64,000 nt of DNA from Eledone cirrhosa (taxonomy: Eukaryota), in the NCBI GenBank assembly GCA_964016885.1, contig OZ024740.1, positions 317,626,001 through 317,690,000 of the forward strand, given 5' to 3'. The notes under the pieces are model-generated. The model did no database searches, was not told the origin of the DNA, and was given only the letters and a program-made list of their open reading frames with translations. Below are positions 21,403 through 39,400 of this stretch, piece after piece. The position numbers were made by a program, and so were the translations under genes. The first letter of the stretch is position 1, and each line of letters opens with the position of its first letter.

Positions 21403-24400
21403 TAGACCACCAATCTATACACCACTCCGGACCACCAATCTATACACCACTCCAGACCTCCAATCTATACACCACTCCAGACCTCCAATCTATACACCAC
21501 TCCAGAACTCGAAGCTATACACCACCCCAGACCACCAATCTATACACCACTCCAGATTTCCAGTCTATACAGCACTCCAGGCATCCAATCTATACACCAC
21601 TCGTGACCTCTAATTTATACACCACTTCGGACCACCAATCTATACACCACTCCAGACCTCCAATGTACACACCACTCCAGACCACCAATCTATACACCAC
21701 TCCAGACCTCCAATCTATACACCACTCCTGACATCCAATCTATACACCTCTCCAGACTTCCAGTCTATACACCACACCAGACATCCAATCTATACACCAT
21801 TCCAGACCTCCAATCTATATACCACTCCAGACCAGCAATCTATACACCACTACAGACCACCAAACTATACACAACTCCAGACCACCAATCTATACACATC
21901 TCCAGACTTCAAATCTATACACCACTCCAGACCACCAATCTATACACCCCTTCTGACATCCAATCTATACACCACTCCAGACCAGCAATCTATACACCAC
22001 TCCAGACCTCCAATCTATACACCACTACAGACCACCAATTTATACACCACTCCAGAGTTCCAATCTATACACCACTCCAGACCACCAATCTATACACCAC
22101 TCCAGAACTCCAAGCTATAAACCACTCCAGGCCTCCAATCTATTCACCATTCCAGACCGCCTATCTATACACCACTCCAGACCACCAATCTATACACCAC
22201 TCCAGGCCTTCAATCTATACACCACTCCAGACCACCAATCTATACACCACTCCAGACCACCAATCTATACACCACTCCAGCACTCCAATCTATACACCAC
22301 TCCAGACCACAAATCTATACACCACTCCAGACCACCAATCTATACACCACTCCAGACCTCCAATCTATACACGACTCCAGACCACCAATCTATACACCAT
22401 TCCAGACCGCCAATCTATACACCACTCCAGACTTCAAATCTATACACCACTCCAGACCGCCAACCTACACACCACTCCAGACTTACAGTCTATACACCAC
22501 TCCAGACTTCAAATCTATACACCACTCCAGACCTCCAATCTATACACCACTCCAGAGCTCCAATCTATACACCAGTCCAGACCTCCAAGGTATACACCAC
22601 TACAGACCTCCAATCTATACACCACTCCAGACCTCAAATCTATACACCACTCGAGACTTCCAATCTATACACCACTGCAGACCACCAATCTATACACCAC
22701 TCCAAACCACTAACCTATACACCACACCAGACATCCAATCTATACACCATTCCAGACCTCCAATCTATATACCACTCCAGACCAGCAATCTATACAACAC
22801 TCCAGACCACCAAACTATACACAACTCCAGACCACCAATCTATACACCACTCCAGACCTCCAATCTATACACCCCTTCCGACATCCAATCTATACACCAC
22901 TCCAGACCACCAATCTATACACCACTCCAACCTCCAATCAATACACCACTACAGACCACCAATCTATACACAATTCCAGACCGCCAATCTATACACCACT
23001 CCAGACTTACAGTCTATACACCACTCCAGACTTCAAATCTATACACCACTCCAGGCCTCCAATCTATACACCACTGCAGACCACCAAGCTATAAACCACT
23101 CCAGGCCTCCAATCTATACACCACTCCCGACCTCTAATCTATTCACCATTCCAGACCGCCAATCTATACACCACTCCAGACCACCAATCTATACACCACT
23201 CCAGGCCTCCAATCTATACACCACTCCAGACCACTAATCTACACACCACTCTAGACAATCAATCTATACACCACTCCAGACCACCAATATATACACCACT
23301 CGAGACCTCCAATCTATAAACCACTCCAGAGAACCAATCTATACACCACTCCAGACCGCCAATCTATACACCACTCCAGACCTCCAATATATACACGACT
23401 CCAGACCACCAATCTATACACCACTCCAGATATCCAATCTATACACCACTCCAGACTTCCAATCTGTACACCACTCCCGACCTCTAATCTATTCACCATT
23501 CCAGACCGCCAATCTATACACCACTCCAGACCACCAATCTATACACCACTCCAGGCCTCCAATCTATACACCACTCCAGACCACCAATCTATACACCACT
23601 CCAGACCACCAATCTATACACCATTCCAGACCGCCAATCTATACACCACTCCAGACTTACAGTCTATACACCACTCCAGACTTCAAATCTATACACCACT
23701 CCAGACCGCCAATCTATACACCACTCCAGACTTACAGTCTATACACCACTCCACACCTGCAATCTATACACCACTCCAGACTTCAAATCTATACACCACT
23801 CCAGACCTCCAATCTATACACCACTCAAGAGCTCCAATCTATACACCAGTCCAGACATCCAAGGTATACACCACTACAGACCTCCAATCTATACACCACT
23901 CCAGACCTCAAATCTATACACCACTCCAGACCTCCAATCTATACACCACTCGAGACTTCCAATCTATACACCACTGCAGACCACCAATCTATACACCACT
24001 CCAAACCACTAACCTATACACCATTCCAGGCTCCAATCTATACACCACTCCAGACTTCCAATCTATACACCACACCAGACCTCCAATCTATACACCATTC
24101 CAGACCTCCAATCTATATACCACTCCAGACCAGCAATCTATACACCACTCCAGACCACCAAACTATACACAACTCCAGACCAGCAATCTATACACCACTC
24201 CAGACCTCCAATCTATACACCCCTTCCGACATCCAATCTATACACCACTCCAGACCACCAATCTATACACCACTCCAACCTCCAATCACTACACCACTAC
24301 AGACCACCAATCTATACACCACTCCAGAGTTCCAATCTATAAACCACTCCAGGCCTCCAATCTATACACCACTCCAGACCACCAATCTATACACCACTCC

Positions 24401-27400
24401 AGATTTCCAAGCTATAAACCACTCCAGGCCTCCAATCTATACACCACTCCAGACCTCAAATCTCTTCACAATTTCAGACCGCCTATCTATACACCACTCC
24501 AGACCACCAATCTATACACCACTCCAGGCCTCCAATCTATACACCATTCCAGACCACCAATCTATACACCACTCCAGACCACCAATCTATACACCACTCC
24601 AGCCCTCCAATCTATACACCACTCCAGACACCAATCTATACACCACTCCAGACCACCAATCTATACAGCACTCCAGACCACCAATCTATACACCACTCCA
24701 GCCCTCCAATCTATACACCACTCTAGACAATCAATCTATACACCACTCCAGACCACCAATATATACACCATTCCAGACCTCCAATCTATAAACCACTCCA
24801 GAGAACCAATCTATACACCACTCCAGACCGCCAATCTATACACCACTCCAGACCTCCAATGTATACACGACTCCAGACCACCAATCTATACACCACTCCA
24901 GGTATCCAATCTATACACCACTCCAGACTTCCAATCTCTACACCACTCCCGACCTCTAATCTATTCACCATTCCAGACCGCCAATCTATACACCACTCCA
25001 GACCACCAATCTATACACCACTCCAGGCCTCCAATCTATACACGACTCCAGACCACCAATCTATACACCATTACAGACCGCCAATCTATACACCACTCCA
25101 GACTTACAGTCTATACACCACTCCAGACTTCAAATCTATACACCACTCCAGACCGCCAATCTATACACCACTCCAGACTTACAGTCTATACACCACTCCA
25201 CACCTGCAATCTATACACCACTCCAGACTTCAAATCTATACACCACTCCAGACCTCCAATCTATACACCACTCAAGAGCTCCAATCTATACACCAGTCCA
25301 GATCTCCAAGGTATACACCACTACAGACCTCCAATCTATACACCACTCCAGACCTCAAATCTATACACCACTCCAGACCTCCAATCTATACACCACTCGG
25401 GACTTCCAATCTATACACCACTGCAGACCACCAATCTATACACCACTCCAAACCACTAACCTATACACCATTCCAGGCTCCAATCTATACACCACTCCAG
25501 ACTTCCAATCTATACACCACACCAGACCTCCAATCTATACACCATTCCAGACCTCCAATCTATATACCACTCCAGACCAGCAATCTATACACCACTCCAG
25601 ACCACCAAACTATACACAACTCCAGACCACCAATCTATACACCACTCCAGACCTCCAATCTATACACCCCTTCCGACATCCAATCTATACACCACTCCAG
25701 ACCACCAATCTATACACCACTCCAACCTCCAATCAATACACCACTACAGACCACCAATCTATACACAATTCCAGACCGCCAATCTATACACCACTCCAGA
25801 CTTACAGTCTATACACCACTCCAGACTTCAAATCTATACACCACTCCAGGCCTCCAATCTATACACCACTGCAGACCACCAAGCTATAAACCACTCCAGG
25901 CCTCCAATCTATACACCACTCCCGACCTCTAATCTATTCACCATTCCAGACCGCCAATCTATACACCACTCCAGACCACCAATCTATACACCACTCCAGG
26001 CCTCCAATCTATACACCACTCCAGACCACTAATCTACACACCACTCTAGACAATCAATCTATACACCACTCCAGACCACCAATATATACACCACTCGAGA
26101 CCTCCAATCTATAAACCACTCCAGAGAACCAATCTATACACCACTCCAGACCGCCAATCTATACACCACTCCAGACCTCCAATATATACACGACTCCAGA
26201 CCACCAATCTATACACCACTCCAGATATCCAATCTATACACCACTCCAGACTTCCAATCTGTACACCACTCCCGACCTCTAATCTATTCACCATTCCAGA
26301 CCGCCAATCTATACACCACTCCAGACCACCAATCTATACACCACTCCAGGCCTCCAATCTATACACCACTCCAGACCACCAATCTATACACCACTCCAGA
26401 CCACCAATCTATACACCATTCCAGACCGCCAATCTATACACCACTCCAGACTTACAGTCTATACACCACTCCAGACTTCAAATCTATACACCACTCCAGA
26501 CCGCCAATCTATACACCACTCCAGACTTACAGTCTATACACCACTCCACACCTGCAATCTATACACCACTCCAGACTTCAAATCTATACACCACTCCAGA
26601 CCTCCAATCTATACACCACTCAAGAGCTCCAATCTATACACCAGTCCAGACATCCAAGGTATACACCACTACAGACCTCCAATCTATACACCACTCCAGA
26701 CCTCAAATCTATACACCACTCCAGACCTCCAATCTATACACCACTCGAGACTTCCAATCTATACACCACTGCAGACCACCAATCTATACACCACTCCAAA
26801 CCACTAACCTATACACCATTCCAGGCTCCAATCTATACACCACTCCAGACTTCCAATCTATACACCACACCAGACCTCCAATCTATACACCATTCCAGAC
26901 CTCCAATCTATATACCACTCCAGACCAGCAATCTATACACCACTCCAGACCACCAAACTATACACAACTCCAGACCAGCAATCTATACACCACTCCAGAC
27001 CTCCAATCTATACACCCCTTCCGACATCCAATCTATACACCACTCCAGACCACCAATCTATACACCACTCCAACCTCCAATCACTACACCACTACAGACC
27101 ACCAATCTATACACCACTCCAGAGTTCCAATCTATAAACCACTCCAGGCCTCCAATCTATACACCACTCCAGACCACCAATCTATACACCACTCCAGATT
27201 TCCAAGCTATAAACCACTCCAGGCCTCCAATCTATACACCACTCCAGACCTCAAATCTCTTCACAATTTCAGACCGCCTATCTATACACCACTCCAGACC
27301 ACCAATCTATACACCACTCCAGGCCTCCAATCTATACACCATTCCAGACCACCAATCTATACACCACTCCAGACCACCAATCTATACACCACTCCAGCCC

Positions 27401-30400
27401 TCCAATCTATACACCACTCCAGACACCAATCTATACACCACTCCAGACCACCAATCTATACAGCACTCCAGACCACCAATCTATACACCACTCCAGCCCT
27501 CCAATCTATACACCACTCTAGACAATCAATCTATACACCACTCCAGACCACCAATATATACACCATTCCAGACCTCCAATCTATAAACCACTCCAGAGAA
27601 CCAATCTATACACCACTCCAGACCGCCAATCTATACACCACTCCAGACCTCCAATGTATACACGACTCCAGACCACCAATCTATACACCACTCCAGGTAT
27701 CCAATCTATACACCACTCCAGACTTCCAATCTCTACACCACTCCCGACCTCTAATCTATTCACCATTCCAGACCGCCAATCTATACACCACTCCAGACCA
27801 CCAATCTATACACCACTCCAGGCCTCCAATCTATACACGACTCCAGACCACCAATCTATACACCATTACAGACCGCCAATCTATACACCACTCCAGACTT
27901 ACAGTCTATACACCACTCCAGACTTCAAATCTATACACCACTCCAGACCGCCAATCTATACACCACTCCAGACTTACAGTCTATACACCACTCCACACCT
28001 GCAATCTATACACCACTCCAGACTTCAAATCTATACACCACTCCAGACCTCCAATCTATACACCACTCAAGAGCTCCAATCTATACACCAGTCCAGATCT
28101 CCAAGGTATACACCACTACAGACCTCCAATCTATACACCACTCCAGACCTCAAATCTATACACCACTCCAGACCTCCAATCTATACACCACTCGGGACTT
28201 CCAATCTATACACCACTGCAGACCACCAATCTATACACCACTCCAAACCACTAACCTATACACCATTCCAGGCTCCAATCTATACACCACTCCAGACTTC
28301 CAATCTATACACCACACCAGACCTCCAATCTATACACCATTCCAGACCTCCAATCTATATACCACTCCAGACCAGCAATCTATACACCACTCCAGACCAC
28401 CAAACTATACACAACTCCAGACCACCAATCTATACACCACTCCAGACCTCCAATCTATACACCCCTTCCGACATCCAATCTATACACCACTCCAGACCAC
28501 CAATCTATACACCACTCCAACCTCCAATCATTACACCACTACAGACCACCAATCTATACACCACTCCAGAGTTCCAATCTATACACCACTCCAGGCCTCC
28601 AATCTATACACCACTCCAGACCACCAATCTATACACCACTCCAGATTTCCAAGCTATAAACCACTCCAGGCCTCCAATCTATACACCACTCCAGACCTCA
28701 AATCTCTTCACAATTCCAGACCGCCTATCTATACACCACTCCAGACCACCAATCTATACACCACTCCAGGCCTCCAATCTATACACCATTCCAGACCACC
28801 AATCTATACACCACTCCAGACCACCAATCTATACACCACTCCAGCCCTCCAATCTATACACCACTCCAGACACCAATCTATACACCACTCCAGACCACCA
28901 ATCTATACAGCACTCCAGACCACCAATCTATACACCACTCCAGCCCTCCAATCTATACACCACTCTAGACAATCAATCTATACACCACTCCAGACCACCA
29001 ATATATACACCATTCCAGACCTCCAATCTATAAACCACCCCAGAGAACCAATCTATACACCACTCCAGACCGCCAATCTATACACCACTCCAGACCTCCA
29101 ATGTATACACGACTCCAGACCACCAATCTATACACCACTCCAGGTATCCAATCTATACACCACTCCAGACTTCCAATCTCTACACCACTCCCGACCTCTA
29201 ATCTATTCACCATTCCTGACCGCCAATCTATACACCACTCCAGACCACCAATCTCTACACCACTCCAGGCCTCCAATCTATACACCACTCCAGACCACCA
29301 ATCTATACACCACTCCAGACCACCAATCTATACACCACTCCAGCCCTCCAATCTATACACCACTCCAGACACCAATCTATACACCACTCCAGACCACCAA
29401 TCTATACAGCACTCCAGACCACCAATCTATACACCACTCCAGCCCTCCAATCTATACACCACTCCAGACCACCAATCTATACACCACTCCAGACCAGCAA
29501 TCTATACACCACTCCAGACCACCAATCTATACACCACTCCAGACCACTAATCTATACACCACTCTAGACAATCAATCTATACACCACTCCAGACCACCAA
29601 TATATACACCACTCCAGACCTCCAATCTATAAACCACTCAAGAGAACCAATCTATACACCACTCCAGACCTCCAATCTATACACCACTCCAGACCTCCAA
29701 TGTATACACGACTCCAGACCACCAATCTATACACCACTCCAGATATCCACTCTATACACCACTCCAGACCTCCAATATCTACACCACTCCCGACCTCTAA
29801 TCTATTCACCATTCCAGACCTCCAATCTATATACCACTCCAGACCAGCAATCTATACACCACTCCAGACCACCAAACTATACACAACTCCAGACCACCAA
29901 TCTATACACCACTCCAGACCTCCAATCTATACACCCCTTCCGACATCCAATCTATACACCACTCCAGACCACCAATCTATACACCACTCCAACCTCCAAT
30001 CATTACACCACTACAGACCACCAATCTATACACCACTCCAGAGTTCCAATCTATACACCACTCCAGGCCTCCAATCTATACACCACTCCAGACCACCAAT
30101 CTATACACCACTCCAGATTTCCAAGCTATAAACCACTCCAGGCCTCCAATCTATACACCACTCCAGACCTCAAATCTCTTCACAATTCCAGACCGCCTAT
30201 CTATACACCACTCCAGACCACCAATCTATAGACCACTCCAGGCCTCCAATCTATACACCATTCCAGACCACCAATCTATACACCACTCCAGACCACCAAT
30301 CTATACACCACTCCAGCCCTCCAATCTATACACCACTCCAGACACCAATCTATACACCACTCCAGACCACCAATCTATACAGCACTCCAGACCACCAATC

Positions 30401-33400
30401 TATACACCACTCCAACCCTCCAATCTATACACCACTCTAGACAATCAATCTATACACCACTCCAGACCACCAATATATACACCATTCCAGACCTCCAATC
30501 TATAAACCACTCCAGAGAACCAATCTATACACCACTCCAGACCGCCAATCTATACACCACTCCAGACCTCCAATGTATACACGACTCCAGACCACCAATC
30601 TATACACCACTCCAGGTATCCAATCTATACACCACTCCAGACTTCCAATCTCTACACCACTCCCGACCTCTAATCTATTCACCATTCCTGACCGCCAATC
30701 TATACACCACTCCAGACCACCAATCTCTACACCACTCCAGGCCTCCAATCTATACACCACTCCAGACCACCAATCTATACACCACTCCAGACCACCAATC
30801 TATACACCACTCCAGCCCTCCAATCTATACACCACTCCAGACACCAATCTATACAGCACTCCAGACCACCAATCTATACAGCACTCCAGACCACCAATCT
30901 ATACACCACTCCAGCCCTCCAATCTATACACCACTCCAGACCACCAATCTATACACCACTCCAGACCAGCAATCTATACACCACTCCAGACCACCAATCT
31001 ATACACCACTCCAGACCACTAATCTATACACCACTCTAGACAATCAATCTATACACCACTCCAGACCACCAATATATACACCACTCCAGACCTCCAATCT
31101 ATAAACCACTCAAGAGAACCAATCTATACACCACTCCAGACCTCCAATCTATACACCACTCCAGACCTCCAATGTATACACGACTCCAGACCACCAATCT
31201 ATACACCACTCCAGATATCCACTCTATACACCACTCCAGACCTCCAATATCTACACCACTCCCGACCTCTAATCTATTCACCATTCCAGACCGCCAATCT
31301 ATACACCACTCCAGACAACCAATCTATACACCACTCCAGGCCTCCAATCTATACACCACTCCAGACCACCAAACTATACACCACTCCAAACCACCAATCT
31401 ATACACCACTCCAGCCCTCTAATCTATACAGAACTCCAGACCACCAATCTATACACAACTCCAGACCACCAATCTATACACCACTCCAGATCACCAATCT
31501 ATACATCACTCCAGACCACCAATCTATACACCACTCCAGACCACTAATCTATACACCACTCTAGACAATCAATCTATACACCACTCCAGACCTCCAAGCT
31601 ATACACCACTCCAGGCCTCCAATCTATACACCACTCCAGACTTCAAATCTATATACCACTCCAGACGTCCAATCTATACACCACTCCAGACTTACAATCT
31701 ATACACCACTACAGACATCCAATCTATACACCACTCCAGATTTCTAATATATACACCACTCCAGAGTACCAATCTATACACCACTCCAAACTTCCAATCT
31801 ATACACCACTCCAGACCTCCAATCTATACACCACTTCAGACCTCCAATCTATACAAGACTCCAGACAACCAATCTATACACCATTCCAGACCTCCAATCT
31901 ATACACCACTCCAGACTTCCAATCTATACACCACTCCAGACCACCATTCTATACACCACTCCAAACCTCCAATCTATACACCACTCCAGACCACCAATCT
32001 ATACACCACTCTAGACAATCAATCTATACACCACTCCAGACCTCCAATCTATACACCACTCCAAACCTCCAAGCTATAGACCACTCCAGACTACCAATAT
32101 ATACACCACTCCAGACCTCCAATCTATAAACCACTCCAGAGAACCAATCTATACACCACTCCAGACCTCCAATCTATACACCACTCCAGACCTCCAATGT
32201 ATACACGACTCCAGACCACCAATCTATACACCACTCCAGATATCCAATCTATACACCACTCCAGGCCTCCAATCTCTACACCACTCCAGGCCTCTAATCT
32301 ATTCACCATTCCAGACCGCTAATCTATTCACCACTCCAGACCACCAAACTATACACCACTCCAGATTTCCAAGCTATAAACCACTCCAGGCCTCCAATCT
32401 ATACACCACTCCAGACCTCAAATCTCTTCACAATTTCAGACCGCCTATCTATACACCACTCCAGACCACCAATCTATACACCACTCCAGGCCTCCAATCT
32501 ATACACCATTCCAGACCACCAATCTATACACCACTCCAGAGAACCAATCTATACACCACTCCAGGCCTCCAATCTATACACCACTCCAGACCACCAATCT
32601 ATACACCACTCCAGACCGCCAATCTATACACCACTCCAGACCACCAATCTATACACCACTTCAGACTACCAATCTATACACCACTCCAGACCACCAATCT
32701 ATACACCACTCAAGACCACCAAACTAAACACCACTGCAGCCCTCCAATCTATATGCCACTCCAGACCTCCAATCTACACACGACTCCAGACCACCAATCT
32801 ATACACCATTCCAGACCGCCAATCTATACACCACTCCAGACTTACAGTCTATACACAACTCCAGACTTCAAATCTATACACCACTCCAGACTGCCAATCT
32901 ATACACCACTCCAGACTTACAGTCTATACACCACTCCAGACTTCAAATCTATACACCACTCCAGACCTCCAATCTATACACCACTCCAGACCTCAAATCT
33001 ATACACCACTCCAGACCTCCAATCTATACACCACTCGAGACTTCCAATCTATACACCACTCCAAACCACCAACCTATACACCATTCCAGGCTCCAATCTA
33101 TACACCACACCAGACCTCCAATCTATACACCATTCCAGACCTCCAATCTATATACCACTCCAGACCAGCAATCTATACACCACTCCAGACCACCAAACTA
33201 TACACAACTCCAGACCACCAATCTATACACCACTCCAGACCTCCAATCTATACACCACTCCAGATATCCAATCTATACACCACTCCAGACTTCCAATCTG
33301 TACACCACTCCCGACCTCTAATCTATTCACCATTCCAGACCGCCAATCTATACACCACTCCAGACCACCAATCTATACACCACTCCAAACCACTAACCTA

Positions 33401-36400
33401 TACACCATTCCAGGCTCCAATCTATACACCACTCCAGACTTCCAATCTATACACCACACCAGACCTCCAATCTATACACCATTCCAGACCTCCAATCTAT
33501 ATACCACTCCAGACCAGCAATCTATACACCACTCCAGACCACCAAACTATACACAACTCCAGACCACCAATCAATACACCACTCCAGACCTCCAATCTAT
33601 ACACCCCTTCCGACATCCAATCTATACACCACTCCAGACCACCAATCTATACACCACTCCAACCTCCAATCACTACACAACTACAGACCACCAATCTATA
33701 CACCACTCCAGAGTTCCAATCTATACACCACTCCAGGCCTCCAATCTATACACCACTCCAGACCACCAATCTATACACCACTCCAGATTTCCAAGCTATA
33801 AACCACTCCAGGCCTCCAATCTATACACCACTCCAGACCTCAAATCTCTTCACAATTCCAGACCGCCTATCTATACACCACTCCAGACCACCAATCTATA
33901 CACCACTCCAGGCCTCCAATCTATACACCATTCCAGACCACCAATCTATACACCACTCCAGACCACCAATCTATACACCACTCCAGCCCTCCAATCTATA
34001 CACCACTCCAGACACCAATCTATACACCACTCCAGACCACCAATCTATACAGCACTCCAGCCCTCCAATCTATACACCACTCTAGACAATCAATCTATAC
34101 ACCACTCCAGACCACCAATATATACACCATTCCAGACCTCCAATCTATAAACCACTCCAGAGAACCAATCTATACACCACTCCAGACCGCCAATCTATAC
34201 ACCACTCCAGACCTCCAATGTATACACGACTCCAGACCACCAATCTATACACCACTCCAGGTATCCAATCTATACACCACTCCAGACTTCCACTCTCTAC
34301 ACCACTCCCGACCTCTAATCTATTCACCATTCCTGACCGCCAATCTATACACCACTCCAGACCACCAATCTCTACACCACTCCAGGCCTCCAATCTATAC
34401 ACCACTCCAGACCACCAATCTATACACCACTCCAGACCACCAATCTATACACCACTCCAGCCCTCCAATCTATACACCACTCCAGACACCAATCTATACA
34501 CCACTCCAGACCACCAATCTATACACCACTCCAGACCACCAATCTATACACCACTCCAGCCCTCCAATCTATACACCACTCCAGACCACCAATCTATACA
34601 CCACTCCAGACCAGCAATCTATACACCACTCCAGACCACTAATCTATACACCACTCTAGACAATCAATCTATACACCACTCCAGACCACCAATATATACA
34701 CCACTCCAGACCTCCAATCTATAAACCACTCAAGAGAACCAATCTATACACCACTCCAGACCTCCAATCTATACACCACTCCAGACCTCCAATGTATACA
34801 CGACTCCAGACCACCAATCTATACACCACTCCAGATATCCACTCTATACACCACTCCAGACCTCCAATATCTACACCACTCCCGACCTCTAATCTATTCA
34901 CCATTCCAGACCGCCAATCTATACACCACTCCAGACAACCAATCTATACACCACTCCAGGCCTCCAATCTATACACCACTCCAGACCACCAAACTATACA
35001 CCACTCCAAACCACCAATCTATACACCACTCCAGCCCTCTAATCTATACAGAACTCCAGACCACCAATCTATACACAACTCCAGACCACCAATCTATACA
35101 CCACTCCAGATCACCAATCTATACATCACTCCAGACCACCAATCTATACACCACTCCAGACCACTAATCTATACACCACTCTAGACAATCAATCTATACA
35201 CCACTCCAGACCTCCAAGCTATACACCACTCCAGGCCTCCAATCTATACACCACTCCAGACTTCAAATCTATATACCACTCCAGACGTCCAATCTATACA
35301 CCACTCCAGACTTACAATCTATACACCACTACAGACATCCAATCTATACACCACTCCAGATTTCTAATATATACACCACTCCAGAGTACCAATCTATACA
35401 CCACTCCAAACCTCCAATCTATACACCACTCCAGACCTCCAATCTATACACCACTTCAGACCTCCAATCTATACAAGACTCCAGACAACCAATCTATACA
35501 CCATTCCAGACCTCCAATCTATACACCACTCCAGACTTCCAATCTATACACCACTCCAGACCACCATTCTATACACCACTCCAGACCTCCAATCTATACA
35601 CCACTCCAGACCACCAATCTATACACCACTCTAGACAATCAATCTATACACCACTCCAGACCTCCAATCTATACACCACTCCAAACCTCCAAGCTATAGA
35701 CCACTCCAGACTACCAATATATACACCACTCCAGACCTCCAATCTATAAACCACTCCAGAGAACCAATCTATACACCACTCCAGACCTCCAATCTATACA
35801 CCACTCCAGACCTCCAATGTATACACGACTCCAGACCACCAATCTATACACCACTCCAGATATCCAATCTATACACCACTCCAGGCCTCCAATCTCTACA
35901 CCACTCCAGGCCTCTAATCTATTCACCATTCCAGACCGCTAATCTATACACCACTCCAGACCACCAAACTATACACCACTCCAGGCCTCCAATCTATACA
36001 CCACTCCAGACCACCAATCTATACACCACTCCAGACCGCCAATCTATACACCACTCCAGACCACCAATCTATACACCACTTCAGACTACCAATCTATACA
36101 CCACTCCAGACCACCAATCTATACACCACGCAAGACCACCAAACTAAACACCACTGCAGCCCTCCAATCTATATGCCACTCCAGACCTCCAATCTATACA
36201 CGACTCCAGACCACCAATCTATACACCATTCCAGACCGCCAATCTATACACCACTCCAGACTTACAGTCTATACACTACTCCAGACTTCAAATCTATACA
36301 CCACTCCAGACCTCCAATCTATACACCACTCCAGAGCTCCAATCTATACACCAGTCCAGACCTCCAAGGTATACACCACTACAGACCTCCAATCTATACA

Positions 36401-39400
36401 CCACTCCAGACCTCAAATCTATACACCACTCCAGACCTCCAATCTATACACCACTCGAGACTTCCAATCTATACACCACTCCAAACCACCAACCTATACA
36501 CCATTCCAGGCTCCAATCTATACACCACACCAGACCTCCAATCTATACACCATTCCAGACCTCCAATCTATATACCACTCCAGACCAGCAATCTATACAC
36601 CACTCCAGACCACCAAACTATACACAACTCCAGACCACCAATCTATACACCACTCCAGACCTCCAATCTATACACCACTCCAGATATCCAATCTATACAC
36701 CACTCCAGACTTCCAATCTGTACACCACTCCCGACCTCTAATCTATTCACCATTCCAGACCGCCAATCTATACACCACTCCAGACCACCAATCTATACAC
36801 CACTCCAGGCCTCCAATCTATACACCACTCAAGACCACTAATCTATACACCACTCTAGACAATCAATCTATACACCACTCCAGACCACCAATATATACAC
36901 CACTCGAGACCTCCAATCTATAAACCACTCCAGAGAACCAATCTATACACCACACCAGACCGCCAATCTATACACCACTCCAGACCTCCAATATATACAC
37001 GACTCCAGACCACCAATCTATATACCACTCCAGATATCCAATCTATACACCACTCCAGACTTCCAATCTGTACACCACTCCCGACCTCTAATCTATTCAC
37101 CATTCCAGACCGCCAATCTATACACCACTCCAGACCACCAATCTATACACCACTCCAGGCCTCCAATCTATACACCACTCCAGACCACCAATCTATACAC
37201 CACTCCAGACCACCAATCTATACACCATTCCAGACCGCCAATCTATACACCACTCCAGACTTACAGTCTATACACCACTCCAGACTTCAAATCTATACAC
37301 CATTCCAGACCGCCAATCTATACACCACTCCAGACTTACAGTCTATACACCACTCCACACCTGCAATCTATACACCACTCCAGACTTCAAATCTATACAC
37401 CACTCCAGACCTCCAATCTATACACCACTCAAGAGCTCCAATCTATACACCAGTCCAGACCTCCAAGGTATACACCACTACAGACCTCCAATCTATACAC
37501 CACTCCAGACCTCAAATCTATACACCACTCCAGACCTCCAATCTATACACCACTCGAGACTTCCAATCTATACACCACTGCAGACCACCAATCTATACAC
37601 CACTCCAAACCACTAACCTATACACCATTCCAGGCTCCAATCTATACACCACTCCAGACTTCCAATCTATACACCACACCAGACCTCCAATCTATACACC
37701 CCTCCAGACCTCCAATCTATATACCACTCCAGACCAGCAATCTATACACCACTCCAGACCACCAAACTATACACAACTCCAGACCAGCAATCTATACACC
37801 ACTCCAGACCTCCAATCTATACACCCCTTCCGACATCCAATCTATACACCACTCCAGACCACCAATCTATGCACCACTCCAACCTCCAATCACTACACCA
37901 CTACAGACCACCAATCTATACACCACTCCAGACCACCAATCTATACACCACTCCAGCCCTCCAATCTATACACCACTCTAGACAATCAATCTATACACCA
38001 CTCCAGACCGCCAATCTATACACCACTCCAGACCTCCAATGTATACACGACTCCAGACCACCAATCTATACACCACTCCAGGTATCCAATCTATACACCA
38101 CTCCAGACTTCCAATCTCTACACCACTCCCGACCTCTAATCTATACACCATTCCAGACCGCCAATCTATACACCACTCCAGACCACCAATCTATACACCA
38201 CTCCAGGCCTCCAATCTATACACGACTCCAGACCACCAATCTATACACCACTCCAGCCCTCCAATCTATACAGCACTCTAGACAATCAATCTATACACCA
38301 CTCCAGACCACCAATATATACACCATTCCAGACCTCCAATCTATAAACCACTCCAGAGAACCAATCTATACACCACTCCAGACCGCCAATCTATACACCA
38401 CTCCAGACCTCCAATGTATACACGACTCCAGACCACCAATCTATACACCACTCCAGGTATCCAATCTATACACCACTCCAGACTTCCAATCTCTACACCA
38501 CACCCGACCTCTAATCTATTCACCATTCCAGACCGCCAATCTATACACCACTCCAGACCACCAATCTATACACCACTCCAGGCCTCCAATCTATACACCA
38601 CTCCAGACCACCAATCTATACACCATTCCAGACCGCCAATCTATACACCACTCCAGACTTACAGTCTATACACCACTCCACACCTGCAATCTATACACCA
38701 CTCCAGACTTCAAATCTATACACCACTCCAGACCTCCAATCTATACACCAGTCCAGACCTCCAAGGTATACACCACTACAGACCTCCAATCTATACACCA
38801 CTCCAGACCTCAAATCTATACACCACTCCAGACCTCCGATCTATACACCACTCGGGACTTCCAATCTATACACCACTGCAGACCACCAATCTATACACCA
38901 CTCCAAACCACTAACCTATACACCATTCCAGGCTCCAATCTATACACCACTCCAGACTTCCAATCTATACACCACACCAGACCTCCAATCTATACACCAT
39001 TCCAGACCTCCAATCTATATACCACTCCAGACCAGCAATCTATACACCACTCCAGACCACCAAACTATACACAACTCCAGACCACCAATCTATACACCAC
39101 TCCAGACCTCCAATCTAAACACCCCTTCCGACATCCAATCTATACACCACTCCAGACCACCAATCTATACACCACTCCAACCTCCAATCACTACACCACT
39201 ACAGACCACCAATCTATACACCACTCCAGAGTTCCAATCTATACACCACTCCAGGCCTCCAATCTATACACCACTCCAGACCACCAATCTATACACCACT
39301 CCAGATTTCCAAGCTATAAACCACTCCAGGCCTCCAATCTATACACCACTCCAGACCTCAAATCTCTTCACAATTCCAGACCGCCTATCTATACACCACT